A stretch of 64,000 nt of DNA. Origin: an uncultured Desulfosarcina sp. Its GTDB lineage: Bacteria > Desulfobacterota > Desulfobacteria > Desulfobacterales > Desulfosarcinaceae. The position numbers and the translations under genes were made by a program. The stretch spans positions 1,472,001 through 1,536,000 of the forward strand of contig CAXXWQ010000004.1 in assembly GCA_963674945.2 (NCBI GenBank), in the 5' to 3' direction. Shown piece by piece: positions 49,794 to 60,485 of the stretch. Below the pieces are notes generated by a model. That model saw only the letters and a program-made list of their open reading frames with translations, searched no databases and was not told the origin of the DNA. The stretch's first letter is position 1; every line of letters starts with the position of its first letter.

Positions 49794-50249
49794 CTACCCG
49801 TTCAACAGCCGGTACAGATAACGCTCGATCTCCTGTCTCGGCAGGGCGCCGGCGGCCGTATCCACAACCTTTCCGTCTTTGAAAAACAAGAGGGTGGGCA
49901 GGCTCATGACGCTGTATCGACCCGCAGTCATGGGATTCTGGTCCACATTGAGCTTGGCCACCTTCAGTCGCCCCGCATGGTCCCTGGCCAGGTCATCGAG
50001 GATCGGCGCCATGGCACCGCAGGGAGCGCACCAGGCAGCCCAACAATCAAGCATCACCGGCAGAAAACTCGCGATCACCTCGTCGGCAAAGGTCTTGTCG
50101 GTAACCACCACCGGCCGATTGGTCGCGGGAATGGGTGGAAATTTCTGTTTGCAACGCCCACAACGGGGAGATTCTTGCAACCTGGCGATGGGAATCCGGT
50201 TGCGTGTTCCACAGCCACGGCACCGTATCAAAACTGTCTCATGGGACAT
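49794..50249 (-). CDS. trxC: Zinc-finger thioredoxin (Trx2)
   Basis: CRGC..NR..CGRC zinc finger and WCAPC active site. Confidence 0.9.
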   Translation of the reverse strand: MSHETVLIRCRGCGTRNRIPIARLQESPRCGRCKQKFPPIPATNRPVVVTDKTFADEVIASFLPVMLDCWAAWCAPCGAMAPILDDLARDHAGRLKVAKLNVDQNPMTAGRYSVMSLPTLLFFKDGKVVDTAAGALPRQEIERYLYRLLNG

Positions 50250-50362
50250 ATTCCCTCCTTCGTCTCAAACCCAATTGCAAGTCTCGTTTCCTTTTCACCT
50301 TTTTCTCACCGGATCAGACGCCGTCGACGTTCGAACTCTTCTTATCGTTGTTTCGGTACTTG

Positions 50363-50938
50363 CTACGTTTCGGCAAACACTGCCCCTTCACCGGGATACA
50401 CGACTTTGTCTTCTGTTTTCGTACGGGTAGCCGGTACCGGCCATTTGCCCGCCTGGGACGCCGATCCTTCCAGAGCGATTGCTGCCGGATGCCGATCCAG
50501 CATCTGCGGTCGTTTGCGAAGATCCACCGTCGGGACAGGGGATGAAAATTCAATGGGGATGTTGTTGGGATCGAAAGTGTAGACCGAATGAATAAAGCCA
50601 TGGTCGATCACTTCCGACACCCAGAATCCTGCCGCTTCCAGCCGATCCTTCAAATCCCACAAATCATCATCCGCGACGACGCCAAAAGCGATATGGTCGA
50701 AGGCAAAGGGCCCTTTTACCGGGACACCGTGATCCTTTTCCGGAATATTTTCCACGTCGGGCCACTCGAAAAAGGCGATCATGTCCTTATCGGAAATCTC
50801 GAAAAAATAGTGCCGATACCCCTTGGTTCCCAATCCGGCCAGGAGGCGCATGCCCAAAAGGTCTCGCCAGAACCGAATGGTGCCATCCATATCGCCCGTT
50901 GCCATGGCCAGATGATTGATACCGGTATAGGCGGTCAT
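50363..50938 (-). CDS. VOC/glyoxalase-family protein
   Basis: GINHLA, FDHIAF and SVYTFDPNNIPIEF. Confidence 0.85.
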   Translation of the reverse strand: MTAYTGINHLAMATGDMDGTIRFWRDLLGMRLLAGLGTKGYRHYFFEISDKDMIAFFEWPDVENIPEKDHGVPVKGPFAFDHIAFGVVADDDLWDLKDRLEAAGFWVSEVIDHGFIHSVYTFDPNNIPIEFSSPVPTVDLRKRPQMLDRHPAAIALEGSASQAGKWPVPATRTKTEDKVVYPGEGAVFAET

Positions 50939-50981
50939 GCTCTCTCTTTCTTGCTATGAAAATCTCTCAGGAGACCTGCCG

Positions 50982-51581
50982 TCAACTGCCGGCGCGGCCA
51001 TCGTCGCAGGGGTCATCATCGCTTGCAGCCCGGGAATGCTCTGCGGTAAAACTCGTAGTACAGGCATCGAGGACCGCCTCGCTGGTGAGACAGGCGAGAG
51101 CCGTTTCGTAGTCGGGCTCTTTGGAAATTTCATCCACTAACTGCGAATAGACCACCATTCCCCTCCCATCGATGACAATCACTGCCCTGGCCATCAGACC
51201 GGCAAAGGGTCCGTCGACGATGCGAACGCCGTAATCGTCACCAAACTCCGGGCTCCGAAAGGTCGAAGCGGATACCACGTCATTCAATCCTTCGGCGCCA
51301 CAAAAGCGTCCATGGGCAAATGGCAAATCCGCAGAAATGCAGAGAACGACGGCATTTTCCGATTTTCCGATTTCGGCATTGAATTTTCTCACCGACATGG
51401 CACACACCGGCGTGTCGATACTGGGGAAGATGTTGAGAACGACGGTTTTACCGGCGTAGTCCTTCAAGGAGATATCGGACAAGTCCGTTTTCGTCAAGGT
51501 AAAGGCCGGGGCATAATTTCCCGGTTGGGGAAGTTCCCCGGACAATTTCACTGGATTGCCTTTAAATGCGGTTGTAGCCAT
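50982..51581 (-). CDS. tpx: Thiol peroxidase with a C-terminal Cys/His extension
   Basis: [21 protein letters not shown] and EPDY; extra tail [27 protein letters not shown]. Confidence 0.93.
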   Translation of the reverse strand: MATTAFKGNPVKLSGELPQPGNYAPAFTLTKTDLSDISLKDYAGKTVVLNIFPSIDTPVCAMSVRKFNAEIGKSENAVVLCISADLPFAHGRFCGAEGLNDVVSASTFRSPEFGDDYGVRIVDGPFAGLMARAVIVIDGRGMVVYSQLVDEISKEPDYETALACLTSEAVLDACTTSFTAEHSRAASDDDPCDDGRAGS

Positions 51582-51708
51582 TTTTTCCTCCTCCATCGAT
51601 GTGGATATTCATCCAAAGGGACTTCAAATTGAATTTTCGGTCAGTCGGTCTTATGCTAGTAGCATTCAATAAATATACCAAGACAGGAAGGAGTTTTCCC
51701 TTTCGCAG

Positions 51709-51723
51709 TGGCATTCTTTTTGC
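51709..51723 (+). promoter_or_regulatory. Sigma54 -24/-12 promoter
   Basis: TGGCAT-TCTTT-TTGC upstream of the Cys-rich small ORF and the ferritin-like gene. Confidence 0.6.
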
Positions 51724-51837
51724 TGTCTATTTGGTTATGTTTGGTATGGAAACGCGTTGCCCTGCAGACGCCCTGATTATTTCCAACGAACCTTGAATGA
51801 TTCGAAAACAACAAAAATTATGGGAGGGAATGCCATC

Positions 51838-52053
51838 ATGGATCGTAAACGCTATCAAGTCAAATCGGCCTGCCCGCAATGCGGGTGCAGCTTTGCCCAG
51901 GTAATGTCCAAGGAAGAACTCTTGGAAAAATACGGAGACACCCCCAACATGGAATTGGAGTGTGGTGAATGCATGATGAAGTTTGCAACGGACAGAAAAA
52001 GCGCCTGTCCCGAATGGGATGATGAATGCCGGTTGAATGAAGGCAAGGATTGA
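51838..52053 (+). CDS. Small Cys-rich (zinc-ribbon-like) protein
   Basis: CPQCGC, CGEC and CPEWDDEC; RBS ggaggg. Confidence 0.7.
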   Translation: MDRKRYQVKSACPQCGCSFAQVMSKEELLEKYGDTPNMELECGECMMKFATDRKSACPEWDDECRLNEGKD

Positions 52054-52203
52054 CCCCATTCAAAGCGATGTCCGCCTCCTTTTTGTATTGACAGACAGAT
52101 GCCAAAATGGGCATGTATCGGTTGCTGTCCAGGTAACCCAAGCTCATGAAACCAAAATTGAGTGTATGTGCCCGTATCGTAGGGAAGAAAGGCAAAACCG
52201 ACT

Positions 52204-52686
52204 ATGAGATACGATTTTTCTGCAGACGACGTGTTCGAAATGGCGGAGCAGATCGAAAGAAACGGCGCCGCATTTTATAGAAAGGCCGCAGCCGACATTT
52301 CCGAACCAGAGGCAAAAACGTTTTTAACGGAACTTGCCGTCATGGAAGACAACCATGAGAAAACATTTGCTGCGATAAGGAAAGAACTCACCAATGCGGA
52401 GAAAGCCCAAACCGTCTTCGATCCGGAAGGTGAGGCAGAGGCTTATCTCAAGGCCCTGGCGGACACCCGTGTGTTTTTCGAAAAAGAAATCGACACCTCG
52501 ACCATGGAGGCGATACTAAAAGCGGCCATTTTGGCAGAAAAGGACTCCATCGTCTTTTATCTGGGGATGAAGGAGATGGTGACCGAAAGCTTGGGCAAAT
52601 CCCGATTGGATGACATCATTAAGGAAGAGATGTCTCACATTAAACTCCTGAGCAATCGCCTCATAAACACGAAAAAAGCAAGTTAG
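52204..52686 (+). CDS. Ferritin-like rubrerythrin-family protein (no rubredoxin domain)
   Basis: MAEQIERNGAAFY, EDNH, AEKDSIVFY and EEMSH. Confidence 0.9.
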   Translation: MRYDFSADDVFEMAEQIERNGAAFYRKAAADISEPEAKTFLTELAVMEDNHEKTFAAIRKELTNAEKAQTVFDPEGEAEAYLKALADTRVFFEKEIDTSTMEAILKAAILAEKDSIVFYLGMKEMVTESLGKSRLDDIIKEEMSHIKLLSNRLINTKKAS

Positions 52687-53124
52687 CGCAAAGGATGTCC
52701 AATACTACAGAAAACAACATGGTCTATTGAACTCTTTCCGGAATCGCGATGTAAAAGGTTTGGGTTGCCATGTTGTTTCTGTACCGTTGGACACCCATTG
52801 ACGACAAGCCACCCGAACCGTTGCACCCGCCTTCACCGATACCGTCTTTCACGATGATCACAATTGCGTATTGGATTCAGAGGAGACAGTCAAAGCGTCC
52901 CGAAAATCCTGTCTTGTGAGACACCTTTGTATCAAAATAAACGTGAGACCGGAGAAAGGCATGAACCACCGGACATTACGGCAATACGGCGCGATTTGCG
53001 TGTCCTTCCACTTACGTAAGCCACCAAACGGGGTCTCCGACCCTAACGGCTGCAGCGCCGCAACAGAAATTATATGAAATAATTATAGAGTTTTACATTA
53101 ATATTTGTTACCAACCACCAATCC

Positions 53125-53139
53125 TGGCATACATCTTGT
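53125..53139 (+). promoter_or_regulatory. Possible sigma54 promoter (variant -12)
   Basis: TGGCAT-ACATC-TTGT preceded by an AT-rich tract, upstream of the rbr/dfx operon. Confidence 0.4.
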
Positions 53140-53212
53140 TAATCTCTATATCAGCACTGTCGACCCCCCGACCAACGTCGACGGGCGCCAACCCTTCGGA
53201 GATTTTCATTTT

Positions 53213-53422
53213 GTGAGACCTTGTGATCAAAATTTAAAGCAAGCCATCCTGCTGGCACAAAGCATGATCGAGTTGGCCGATCGAGGAGATGGTGACCGGG
53301 AAGATACCGGATGTGGCATTCTTTACGGTGTTCTTCGAGATTCGGGATACAAGATCAAGCGGTTGGCCGAAGACGAAAAATTGAAACACATGGCCAAGGG
53401 CTGGTGGGATGAAACGTGTTAA
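53213..53422 (+). CDS. Small hypothetical protein
   Basis: GTG start after ggaga; [27 protein letters not shown]. Confidence 0.65.
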   Translation: MRPCDQNLKQAILLAQSMIELADRGDGDREDTGCGILYGVLRDSGYKIKRLAEDEKLKHMAKGWWDETC

Positions 53423-53463
53423 CCCAACGCAACGATCCAAAAACAACCAAAGGAGGATATGAA

Positions 53464-54039
53464 GTGGCATCTATCAAAGGAACAAAAACGGAAAAAAACA
53501 TATTGACGGCATTTTGCGGTGAATCCCAGGCGAGAAACCGTTATACGTATTTTTCCAAACAAGCCAGAAAGGAAGGTTTTGTACAGATTGCGGACATCTT
53601 CGAAGAGACTGCCAACCAGGAGAAAGAACATGCCAAACGGCTGTTCAAACTGCTGGAAGGTGGCGAGGTTGAAATCACCGGTGCATTTCCCGCCGGTGTA
53701 ATTGGTACCACCACCGAAAACCTGGCCGAAGCCGCAGGTGGTGAGAACTATGAATGGACCACCATGTATCCCGATTTCGCCAAAGTCGCGCGGGAAGAGG
53801 GATTCGATCACATTGCCTTTATTTTCGAAGCCATCGCGGTTGCTGAAAAGCAGCACGAAAAGCGATATTTGGACCTGAAAGCCAACATCGAGGCCGGCCG
53901 GGTCTTCAAACGGGAAGAGAGCGTCACCTGGCGCTGCCGCAATTGCGGGTATCTTTTCGCAGGAACGGAACCGCCGGAGATGTGTCCTGCCTGTGCCCAT
54001 CCCCAGGCACACTTCGAACTTCTGGGCGAAAACTGGTAG
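53464..54039 (+). CDS. rbr: Rubrerythrin
   Basis: [23 protein letters not shown] and [15 protein letters not shown]. Confidence 0.97.
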   Translation: MASIKGTKTEKNILTAFCGESQARNRYTYFSKQARKEGFVQIADIFEETANQEKEHAKRLFKLLEGGEVEITGAFPAGVIGTTTENLAEAAGGENYEWTTMYPDFAKVAREEGFDHIAFIFEAIAVAEKQHEKRYLDLKANIEAGRVFKREESVTWRCRNCGYLFAGTEPPEMCPACAHPQAHFELLGENW

Positions 54040-54086
54040 CCAGATACACAAAACCAATAACCGGTAATTAGGAAAAGGAGAATAAA

Positions 54087-54461
54087 ATGGCGGAGAGATA
54101 TGAGGTCTACAAATGTGATCTTTGTGGAAACATCGTTCAGGTCCTCGTTGGTGGGGGAGGAGAACTCGTTTGCTGTGGCGAACCAATGAAAAAGCTGACG
54201 GAAAACACCGTCGATGCGGCAAAGGAGAAACACGTTCCGGCAATCGAAAAGATCGATGGCGGTTACAAGGTCAAAGTGGGAAGCGTCCCACACCCCATGG
54301 AAGAAAAACATTACATTCAATGGATCGAATTGATCGCGGACGGCAAGTCCTACTTTCAGTTCCTCGAACCGGGACAGACCCCCGAAGCCTGCTTCATGAT
54401 CGACGCGGCGACGGTTTCCGCCAGGGAGTACTGCAACCTTCACGGATTGTGGAAAGCCTGA
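54087..54461 (+). CDS. dfx: Desulfoferrodoxin (superoxide reductase)
   Basis: [25 protein letters not shown] and YCNLHGLW. Confidence 0.97.
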   Translation: MAERYEVYKCDLCGNIVQVLVGGGGELVCCGEPMKKLTENTVDAAKEKHVPAIEKIDGGYKVKVGSVPHPMEEKHYIQWIELIADGKSYFQFLEPGQTPEACFMIDAATVSAREYCNLHGLWKA

Positions 54462-54799
54462 TTCGTTGTATTCAAACCGGGTGCTCTGCACTCTGAACCA
54501 ACCCGAACGATGAAAGCACGTAACGTGCTGTTGGATATCCGGATCAAAGCCGAATGTCCAAGCCACTCGCCCTGGGATTGGTCGTTGAGACCAAAAAACA
54601 TTTTGAAACATCAGCGGCCACATCCAACCATTGGTATGAGACGGTGTTCACCGGCATGACCCCGTCTCATACCAGCACAATTTCGGCCATCGTCGTCTCA
54701 GTGGTGGACAGTACTCGCAATGCCGAGGATAAACACCCGTGAGAGTAAAAACATCCTTCGATGGTCGAATCCATCTGTTACACCATAAGGAGGTGCGCT

Positions 54800-54955
54800 A
54801 TGGGAAGCTGGAAATGTGGCAACTGCGGATATGAACTCGAGGCGGATAGCCCGCCGGAGAAGTGTCCGTCCTGCAAAGAGAAATGTGAGTTCCTGGACAA
54901 CACCTGCTATACGCCCGACTGCGAGTTTGAGGGTAAGGACCCGAGAATCAAATAG
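54800..54955 (+). CDS. Small rubredoxin-like protein with an extra CYTPDC
   Basis: WKCGNCGY...PEKCPSC...CYTPDC; RBS aggagg. Confidence 0.8.
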   Translation: MGSWKCGNCGYELEADSPPEKCPSCKEKCEFLDNTCYTPDCEFEGKDPRIK

Positions 54956-55065
54956 TGGGCAGGTAATTTTTCCCACCCCATTGCGGGGATTGACGAAAAC
55001 GGCGCAATGTCGCCAAGGATTGTTGCGGCAATACGCCTTACAATCCACGATGAAAGGAAATACAA

Positions 55066-55500
55066 ATGGCCAAGGCACTCATTGTGTATGCAACGCGTAC
55101 GGGTGAAACCGAGAAGATCGGCAATCTCATCGCCGAAGGCATTCGTTTTTCCGGTCACGAAGCGGAGGTGGTAAAGGTGACGGACATCAAAAAACCGGAA
55201 GACCTGATGGGATATGATGCCGTCATTTTTGGTTCGCCGACCTACCATGGAGAAATGGTGCAAGGGATGAAGACCCTTTTGTTCATGGCGGAAAAGGCCG
55301 AGCTGGAGAACAAGGTGGGTGGATCATTCGGTGCCTTCGGATGGAGCGGTGAAGCTCCGGATCGAATCTTCGATACCATGAAAAACATCTTCCGGATGAA
55401 TATGGTGAGCATTCCCCTTCGGCTCAAATCCGCCGGCCTGGGCGGTGGAATGAAGATGGCCCAGGACTATGGTAAGGAAGTGGCCGAGAAACTCGCATAG
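55066..55500 (+). CDS. Flavodoxin
   Basis: YATRTGETE, GSPTYHG and FGAFGWSGEA. Confidence 0.9.
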   Translation: MAKALIVYATRTGETEKIGNLIAEGIRFSGHEAEVVKVTDIKKPEDLMGYDAVIFGSPTYHGEMVQGMKTLLFMAEKAELENKVGGSFGAFGWSGEAPDRIFDTMKNIFRMNMVSIPLRLKSAGLGGGMKMAQDYGKEVAEKLA

Positions 55501-55698
55501 TGCCCATCCAGAAATGGCCAATTTGCCCGATATCGGCGTTGCGCGAAAAATTGTATCCTCGGAATATCAACCATATACCTCCGGTAAAATTTTTCGGGCG
55601 CCTTGATCTCGACCAAATTTTCCTATTCTGGACGAACACTCGCACAGCAATCGTGCATACACGAAAAACCACCAATTTACTAAGATAAGGAGTATGCC

Positions 55699-55884
55699 AT
55701 GACGACACCACAACATTGCCCCGGATGGGAGAGTTTCAAGAACCTGAAATCGTTCATCTGCAAATGTCCCGAGTGCGGCGAAAGCAAAGAGATCTTTTCC
55801 GATGAATTCAACAAGGAACACACCTGTGCAAAATGCGGTAAGATCATCGATTTTACCCAGTGCACACTAGACGGCGGCGCCTGA
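55699..55884 (+). CDS. Small Cys-rich zinc-ribbon protein
   Basis: HCPG, CKCPECG..EIFSDE..CAKCG; RBS aggag. Confidence 0.75.
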   Translation: MTTPQHCPGWESFKNLKSFICKCPECGESKEIFSDEFNKEHTCAKCGKIIDFTQCTLDGGA

Positions 55885-56044
55885 GGCTTGCGACGGCAAC
55901 AAGCGCTAACCCCGTGTACCGTTAATGGATTTACCGGTAGTATGATCCGAAGTCCGTATGGAGAAAGGATCCGTTCGACATAAGGGACCGGTGAACCGCT
56001 TATGAACGGTAACGGATTCGGTACCTGATTAAGGAGGATTTTGT

Positions 56045-57361
56045 ATGGACGTTGTCATGTTATCCCGGCTCCAGTTTGCCGCTGCCACCATGTTTCACTT
56101 CCTGTTCGTTCCCCTCACGTTGGGATTATCCGTCCTGGTTGCATATATGGAAACCCAGTATGTGCGTACGGGAGATGAGACCTATCTTCGCATGACCAAA
56201 TTTTGGGGCAAACTCTTTCTCATCAACTTTGCCCTGGGTGTCGTCACCGGTATCACGCTGGAATTCCAGTTCGGCACCAACTGGTCCCGCTATAGCGCCT
56301 ATGTGGGGGACATATTCGGATCAATCCTGGCCATCGAGGCGACCCTGGCGTTTTTCCTGGAGTCGACCTTCATCGGCATCTGGATCTTCGGCTGGAAAAA
56401 ACTCTCCAAGAAAGCCCATGCCACGGTCATGTGGCTGGTTGCCGCTGCCGGTAACATCTCCGCCGTCTGGATTCTGTTGGCCAACGGCTGGATGCAGCAA
56501 CCGTTGGGATACACCATCCGTAACGGACGTGCGGAACTGACGGATTTTCTGGCGGTTGTCACGAATCCATTCGGCCTTCTGGAAATCGTCCATACGATCC
56601 CTTCCGCCTTTTTGCTTTCCGCTTTCTTCGTCATGGGCATCAGCGCATGGCACCTTCTCAAAAAACAACATATCGAATTTTTTACCCGCTCCTTTAACAT
56701 CGGTTTGGTGGTGGGACTGATCTCCTCGCTCGTGGTAATCTTCACGGGCGATCTGCATGCCGTCCACGTCACCAAGACCCAGCCCGCCAAATTGGCAGCC
56801 ATGGAATCCCATTGGGAAACCCAGACCCAGGCCCCCATGGTCTTGTTCGCCCTTCCGGACGAAGAGAACGAAACAAACAAGATCGAAATCGGTCGGATTC
56901 CCGGCGTACTGAGCTTTTTGGGGCATCACGACATCAACGCTTCGGTAACCGGGCTGAAAGACATTCCCAAAGACGAACGGCCACCAGTCATGTTGACCTT
57001 TGCCTCGTTTCGAACCATGGTCGCATTGGGAACCTTGTTTCCTCTGCTCACCATCATCGGATTGGTGCTTCGAAAGCGCCTCCTGGAATCCCGTTGGTAT
57101 CTTTGGATCATGCTTTTTTCCCTCCCGCTGCCCTATCTCGCCATGGAGATGGGATGGGTATTGGCAGAAGTGGGCCGCCAGCCATGGATCGTCTATGGCC
57201 TGCTGAAAACCGCCGATGCCGCTTCTCCCATCGCTGTTTCCCAGGCAGCGTCATCGTTGGTAGCCTTTATCCTGGTCTATGGACTCTTGGGGCTCACCGG
57301 TTTCTACCTGATCGCCAATTATGCCAACAAGGGACCTGAGATGGAAACCGGCACTGCATGA
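56045..57361 (+). CDS. cydA: Cytochrome bd oxidase subunit I
   Basis: FHFLFVPLTLG, EFQFGTNW, QPAKLAAME and EVGRQPW. Confidence 0.97.
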   Translation: MDVVMLSRLQFAAATMFHFLFVPLTLGLSVLVAYMETQYVRTGDETYLRMTKFWGKLFLINFALGVVTGITLEFQFGTNWSRYSAYVGDIFGSILAIEATLAFFLESTFIGIWIFGWKKLSKKAHATVMWLVAAAGNISAVWILLANGWMQQPLGYTIRNGRAELTDFLAVVTNPFGLLEIVHTIPSAFLLSAFFVMGISAWHLLKKQHIEFFTRSFNIGLVVGLISSLVVIFTGDLHAVHVTKTQPAKLAAMESHWETQTQAPMVLFALPDEENETNKIEIGRIPGVLSFLGHHDINASVTGLKDIPKDERPPVMLTFASFRTMVALGTLFPLLTIIGLVLRKRLLESRWYLWIMLFSLPLPYLAMEMGWVLAEVGRQPWIVYGLLKTADAASPIAVSQAASSLVAFILVYGLLGLTGFYLIANYANKGPEMETGTA

Positions 57362-57408
57362 TTGTCAAAAAAACGAAAACGAAATAAAGAAAAAAACGGG
57401 GGTTTTTC

Positions 57409-58437
57409 ATGGAATTGCAATCGGTATGGTTCTTCATTTGGGGGCTGCTCTGGGCGGTGTTTTTCATTACGGATGGTTTTGATTTCGGGATCGGTACGCT
57501 GTATCCCTTCCTGGGAAAAACAGAACGAGACAAACACATGATGATTCACGCCATGGGACCTCTTTGGGACGGCAACGAGGTGTGGCTGATAACCGCCGGT
57601 GGCGTTACTTTCGCCGCCTTTCCGCTGGTATATGCCGTGATGTTTTCCTCTTTATACACGGCTCTCATGCTGATTCTCTTCGCCTTGATCCTTCGCGGGG
57701 TATCTTTTGAGTTCCGGAACAAGGTCGACAATCCGGCGTGGAAAAAGGTGTGGGATACCTGCATCTTCGTGGGAAGCTTTCTGCCCGCCCTTTTGTTTGG
57801 GGTCGCCTTCGCCAATATATTCAAGGGAATTCCCATCGATCAACAAGGGCTCTACCAGGGCAATCTGTTTACCCTGCTCAATCCCTACGGCATACTGGGC
57901 GGACTGCTCTTCGTCTGCCTTTTTTTGGTTCACGGCGCCTTGTGGCTTACCATTCGTTCCGACGGTGATCTGGCCCAGCGAAGCGAAAAATTGGCCGGGA
58001 CCCTCTGGCCAATTCTCACCGGTGTCGCGGTGATATTTCTGGTTGCGACCTACATATTCACGCCGCTGTACGACAACTATCTGGCCAATCCCGTCTTGTT
58101 CCTGGTTCCCGTCATTTCGGTTGCCGGTATCTTCGGAATCCGGTACTTTATCCAGAAGAGAACATTCTTTCTGGCATGGGTGTCATCTGCGGTCACCATC
58201 GTATTCTGCACTTTTTTCGGCGTGATCGGGCTGTTTCCCAACCTGTTCCCCTCCAGTATCGACCCGGAGTACAGCCTTTCGGCGTTCAACGCCTCGTCCA
58301 GCCCGCTGACCCTGAAGATCATGCTCATCGTCGTGCTGCTTTTCGTACCCGTGGTATTGGCATATCAGGTCTGGGCGTACAAGCTGTTTTCCGTTAAGGT
58401 GACCGATGAAGACATGGCCCACGAAGAGACCTATTAG
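57409..58437 (+). CDS. cydB: Cytochrome bd oxidase subunit II
   Basis: DGFDFGIG, WDGNEVWL and LRGVSFEFR. Confidence 0.97.
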   Translation: MELQSVWFFIWGLLWAVFFITDGFDFGIGTLYPFLGKTERDKHMMIHAMGPLWDGNEVWLITAGGVTFAAFPLVYAVMFSSLYTALMLILFALILRGVSFEFRNKVDNPAWKKVWDTCIFVGSFLPALLFGVAFANIFKGIPIDQQGLYQGNLFTLLNPYGILGGLLFVCLFLVHGALWLTIRSDGDLAQRSEKLAGTLWPILTGVAVIFLVATYIFTPLYDNYLANPVLFLVPVISVAGIFGIRYFIQKRTFFLAWVSSAVTIVFCTFFGVIGLFPNLFPSSIDPEYSLSAFNASSSPLTLKIMLIVVLLFVPVVLAYQVWAYKLFSVKVTDEDMAHEETY

Positions 58438-58459
58438 ATAAGAGAGAAAGGGAGAATTC

Positions 58460-58810
58460 ATGCGTTCACCTTTTACGTGCATCACAATTGTTGCCGTGTT
58501 CGGCCTCCTTTTCTCTGTGGCTGTCACTTCTGCAGCCGTGAACCGGGGCCCCGGCAATATCGAAATATACGGCGGCAGCCAGGGAAAGGTCCCCTTTCCC
58601 CACGCCCTGCATCAGGATCGTGAAAAAGATTGCAATGTCTGCCATAGCGTATTTCCCCAAAAGCACGGTGCCATGAAACAGATGAAGGAAGCGGGAAGCC
58701 TCAAACCGAAGAAGGTGATGAACCTGCAATGCATCAAATGCCATAAGCAGGCAAAACGGGAAGGAAGACCCCACGGTCCCGTCACCTGCAATACCTGCCA
58801 TGTCAAGTAA
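58460..58810 (+). CDS. Periplasmic triheme cytochrome (c3/c7-like)
   Basis: Signal peptide; VPFPHALH, CNVCH, CIKCH and CNTCH. Confidence 0.85.
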   Translation: MRSPFTCITIVAVFGLLFSVAVTSAAVNRGPGNIEIYGGSQGKVPFPHALHQDREKDCNVCHSVFPQKHGAMKQMKEAGSLKPKKVMNLQCIKCHKQAKREGRPHGPVTCNTCHVK

Positions 58811-58819
58811 ACCAAAACA

Positions 58820-58882
58820 AGTGATCAGTTATCGGTAATCAGCGATCAGTCAACTGAGAACCGAGAACCGAGAACCGAGAAC
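58820..58882. repeat. Inverted arrays of 7-bp tandem repeats
   Basis: gtgatca/gttatcg/gtaatca/gcgatca followed by actgaga/accgaga x3. Confidence 0.6.
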
Positions 58883-58892
58883 GAATACCACC

Positions 58893-59867
58893 ATGTTTGT
58901 ATTAGGACTTCAAGGCAGCCCCCGTAAAGGCGGCAACACCGACACTCTTCTGGCGGCGTTTTTAGAAAAGGCAGCAGGGAAAGGGGCCGGCGTGCACACC
59001 ATACAGGTTCCCTGGGCAAGGATCGAGCCCTGCAGAGGATGCGGTTATTGCGAAACCCATGGCACCTGTGTCATCGCCAAAGATCCCATGTCCACCGAGG
59101 TCTATGGATTGATGCGAAAAGCAGATGTAATCGTGGCCGCCTCCCCTGTCTTTTTCTACGGTATTTCCGCGCAACTCAAGGGGCTCATCGATCGCAGCCA
59201 GGCTCTCTGGTCCCGAAAATACGTCTACAAATTGAAAGATCCCAGGGCCGGCACGCGAAAAGGCGTCCTTTTGAGCGTTGGGGCATCAAAGGGCAAACAA
59301 TTGTTCGACGGCATCCACCTGACCGCAAAATATTTTTTCGATGCCGTCGATGCCTGCTTCGAAAGCGCATTGACCTATCGTGGTGTCGAATCCAAGGGCA
59401 CCATTCTAGATCAGGCCAACATCTTTACCGACATCGACGACACCGTTGAAAAGATCATCGTTCCCCTTGTCCGTCGCAAGCGCGTCCTCTTTGTATCGGC
59501 AAGCGGCGCCTGCCTTTCCCCCATGGCCGCAGCCATCACCCAGAGGCGGTACGGCGATGGAATCGACGCCGACTTTGCCGCCCATTCACCTTCATCCGGA
59601 TTTTCGGAACAGATGGTTCAAACCATGGAAAAATCCGGCGTGGATGTAAGATACGGCAAACCGAAAGCAATGGACCAGACGATATTGGATCCGGCCCCGG
59701 ATCTGACGGTCACCATGGGTAACCCAGTGGATCACGAAAATATTCCCGGCCTGCAGAAAGTGCATTGGCACATTGACCAGCCGGCGGAATCGGACGAAAA
59801 TGCCATGGAGCAGTTGCATCGGCAAATGAGCGACCTGATAGACCAAATGATGAAGACGTTTTTATGA
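58893..59867 (+). CDS. Iron-sulfur flavoprotein (Isf-like) fused to a degenerate LMW-PTP/ArsC domain
   Basis: [17 protein letters not shown] and SPVFFY; C-terminal [18 protein letters not shown]...VTMG...HW.I. Confidence 0.75.
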   Translation: MFVLGLQGSPRKGGNTDTLLAAFLEKAAGKGAGVHTIQVPWARIEPCRGCGYCETHGTCVIAKDPMSTEVYGLMRKADVIVAASPVFFYGISAQLKGLIDRSQALWSRKYVYKLKDPRAGTRKGVLLSVGASKGKQLFDGIHLTAKYFFDAVDACFESALTYRGVESKGTILDQANIFTDIDDTVEKIIVPLVRRKRVLFVSASGACLSPMAAAITQRRYGDGIDADFAAHSPSSGFSEQMVQTMEKSGVDVRYGKPKAMDQTILDPAPDLTVTMGNPVDHENIPGLQKVHWHIDQPAESDENAMEQLHRQMSDLIDQMMKTFL

Positions 59868-59880
59868 AAAGGAGTCGAAG

Positions 59881-60060
59881 ATGGCCCAACCCCACGAGAT
59901 GTACCAATGCCAAACACAAAGCTGTGGATACATTTACAATCCCGACAAGGGTGACCGTAAGGGAAAGATCCCCAAGGGGACTTCCTTTGACGATCTTCCC
60001 GATGACTGGAAGTGCCCCATCTGCGGTGCCGGGAAAAAGATGTTCCGTCCTTTGGGATAA
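59881..60060 (+). CDS. Rubredoxin with a CX4C first motif; absent from the ORF track
   Basis: RBS aggag; [30 protein letters not shown]. Confidence 0.9.
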   Translation: MAQPHEMYQCQTQSCGYIYNPDKGDRKGKIPKGTSFDDLPDDWKCPICGAGKKMFRPLG

Positions 60061-60176
60061 GTCCGAAAAATTGGATTAGACACCCCGTCGCCCTTCATGG
60101 TAAAAAGGGGAACTTATCTGATTCAATCCGAATCCAGTATCTTTTATCGTTAACCAAAAATGACATGGAGGTAAAA

Positions 60177-60338
60177 ATGGACAGATATGTATGTACGCTC
60201 TGCGGATATGTCTATGACCCGGAAGCCGGTGACCCCGATAACGGCGTGGAACCCGGCACCAAATGGGAAGACGTACCGGAAGATTGGGAATGCCCGGTCT
60301 GTGGCGCCAGCAAAGACGATTTCGAAAAAGAATCGTGA
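60177..60338 (+). CDS. rub: Rubredoxin
   Basis: [23 protein letters not shown] ggagg. Confidence 0.97.
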   Translation: MDRYVCTLCGYVYDPEAGDPDNGVEPGTKWEDVPEDWECPVCGASKDDFEKES

Positions 60339-60382
60339 TGCGTCATACGGCGTATGGTTGATTCGTGTTGACTTGGCACCGA

Positions 60383-60415
60383 ATGCCCTTTTTCCGAAAG
60401 ACGGGAAAAGGGCAT
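60383..60415 (+). terminator. Hairpin after rubredoxin
   Basis: atgccctttttccg-aaaga-cgggaaaagggcat. Confidence 0.5.
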
Positions 60416-60485
60416 CTCGATTTTGCCGCTACCAATACGCGCAGGACTGAAATACAAAAGACCAAAACATAAAGGAATGGATCAG

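Noticed and set aside
48894..50582. 562-aa + strand ORF
   Set aside because: Antisense shadow spanning three well-supported minus-strand genes.
55882..55910. Sec read-through of the UGA ending the 55699 ORF
   Set aside because: No redox motif context, and the downstream hairpin is weak and too close; a plain stop is more likely.
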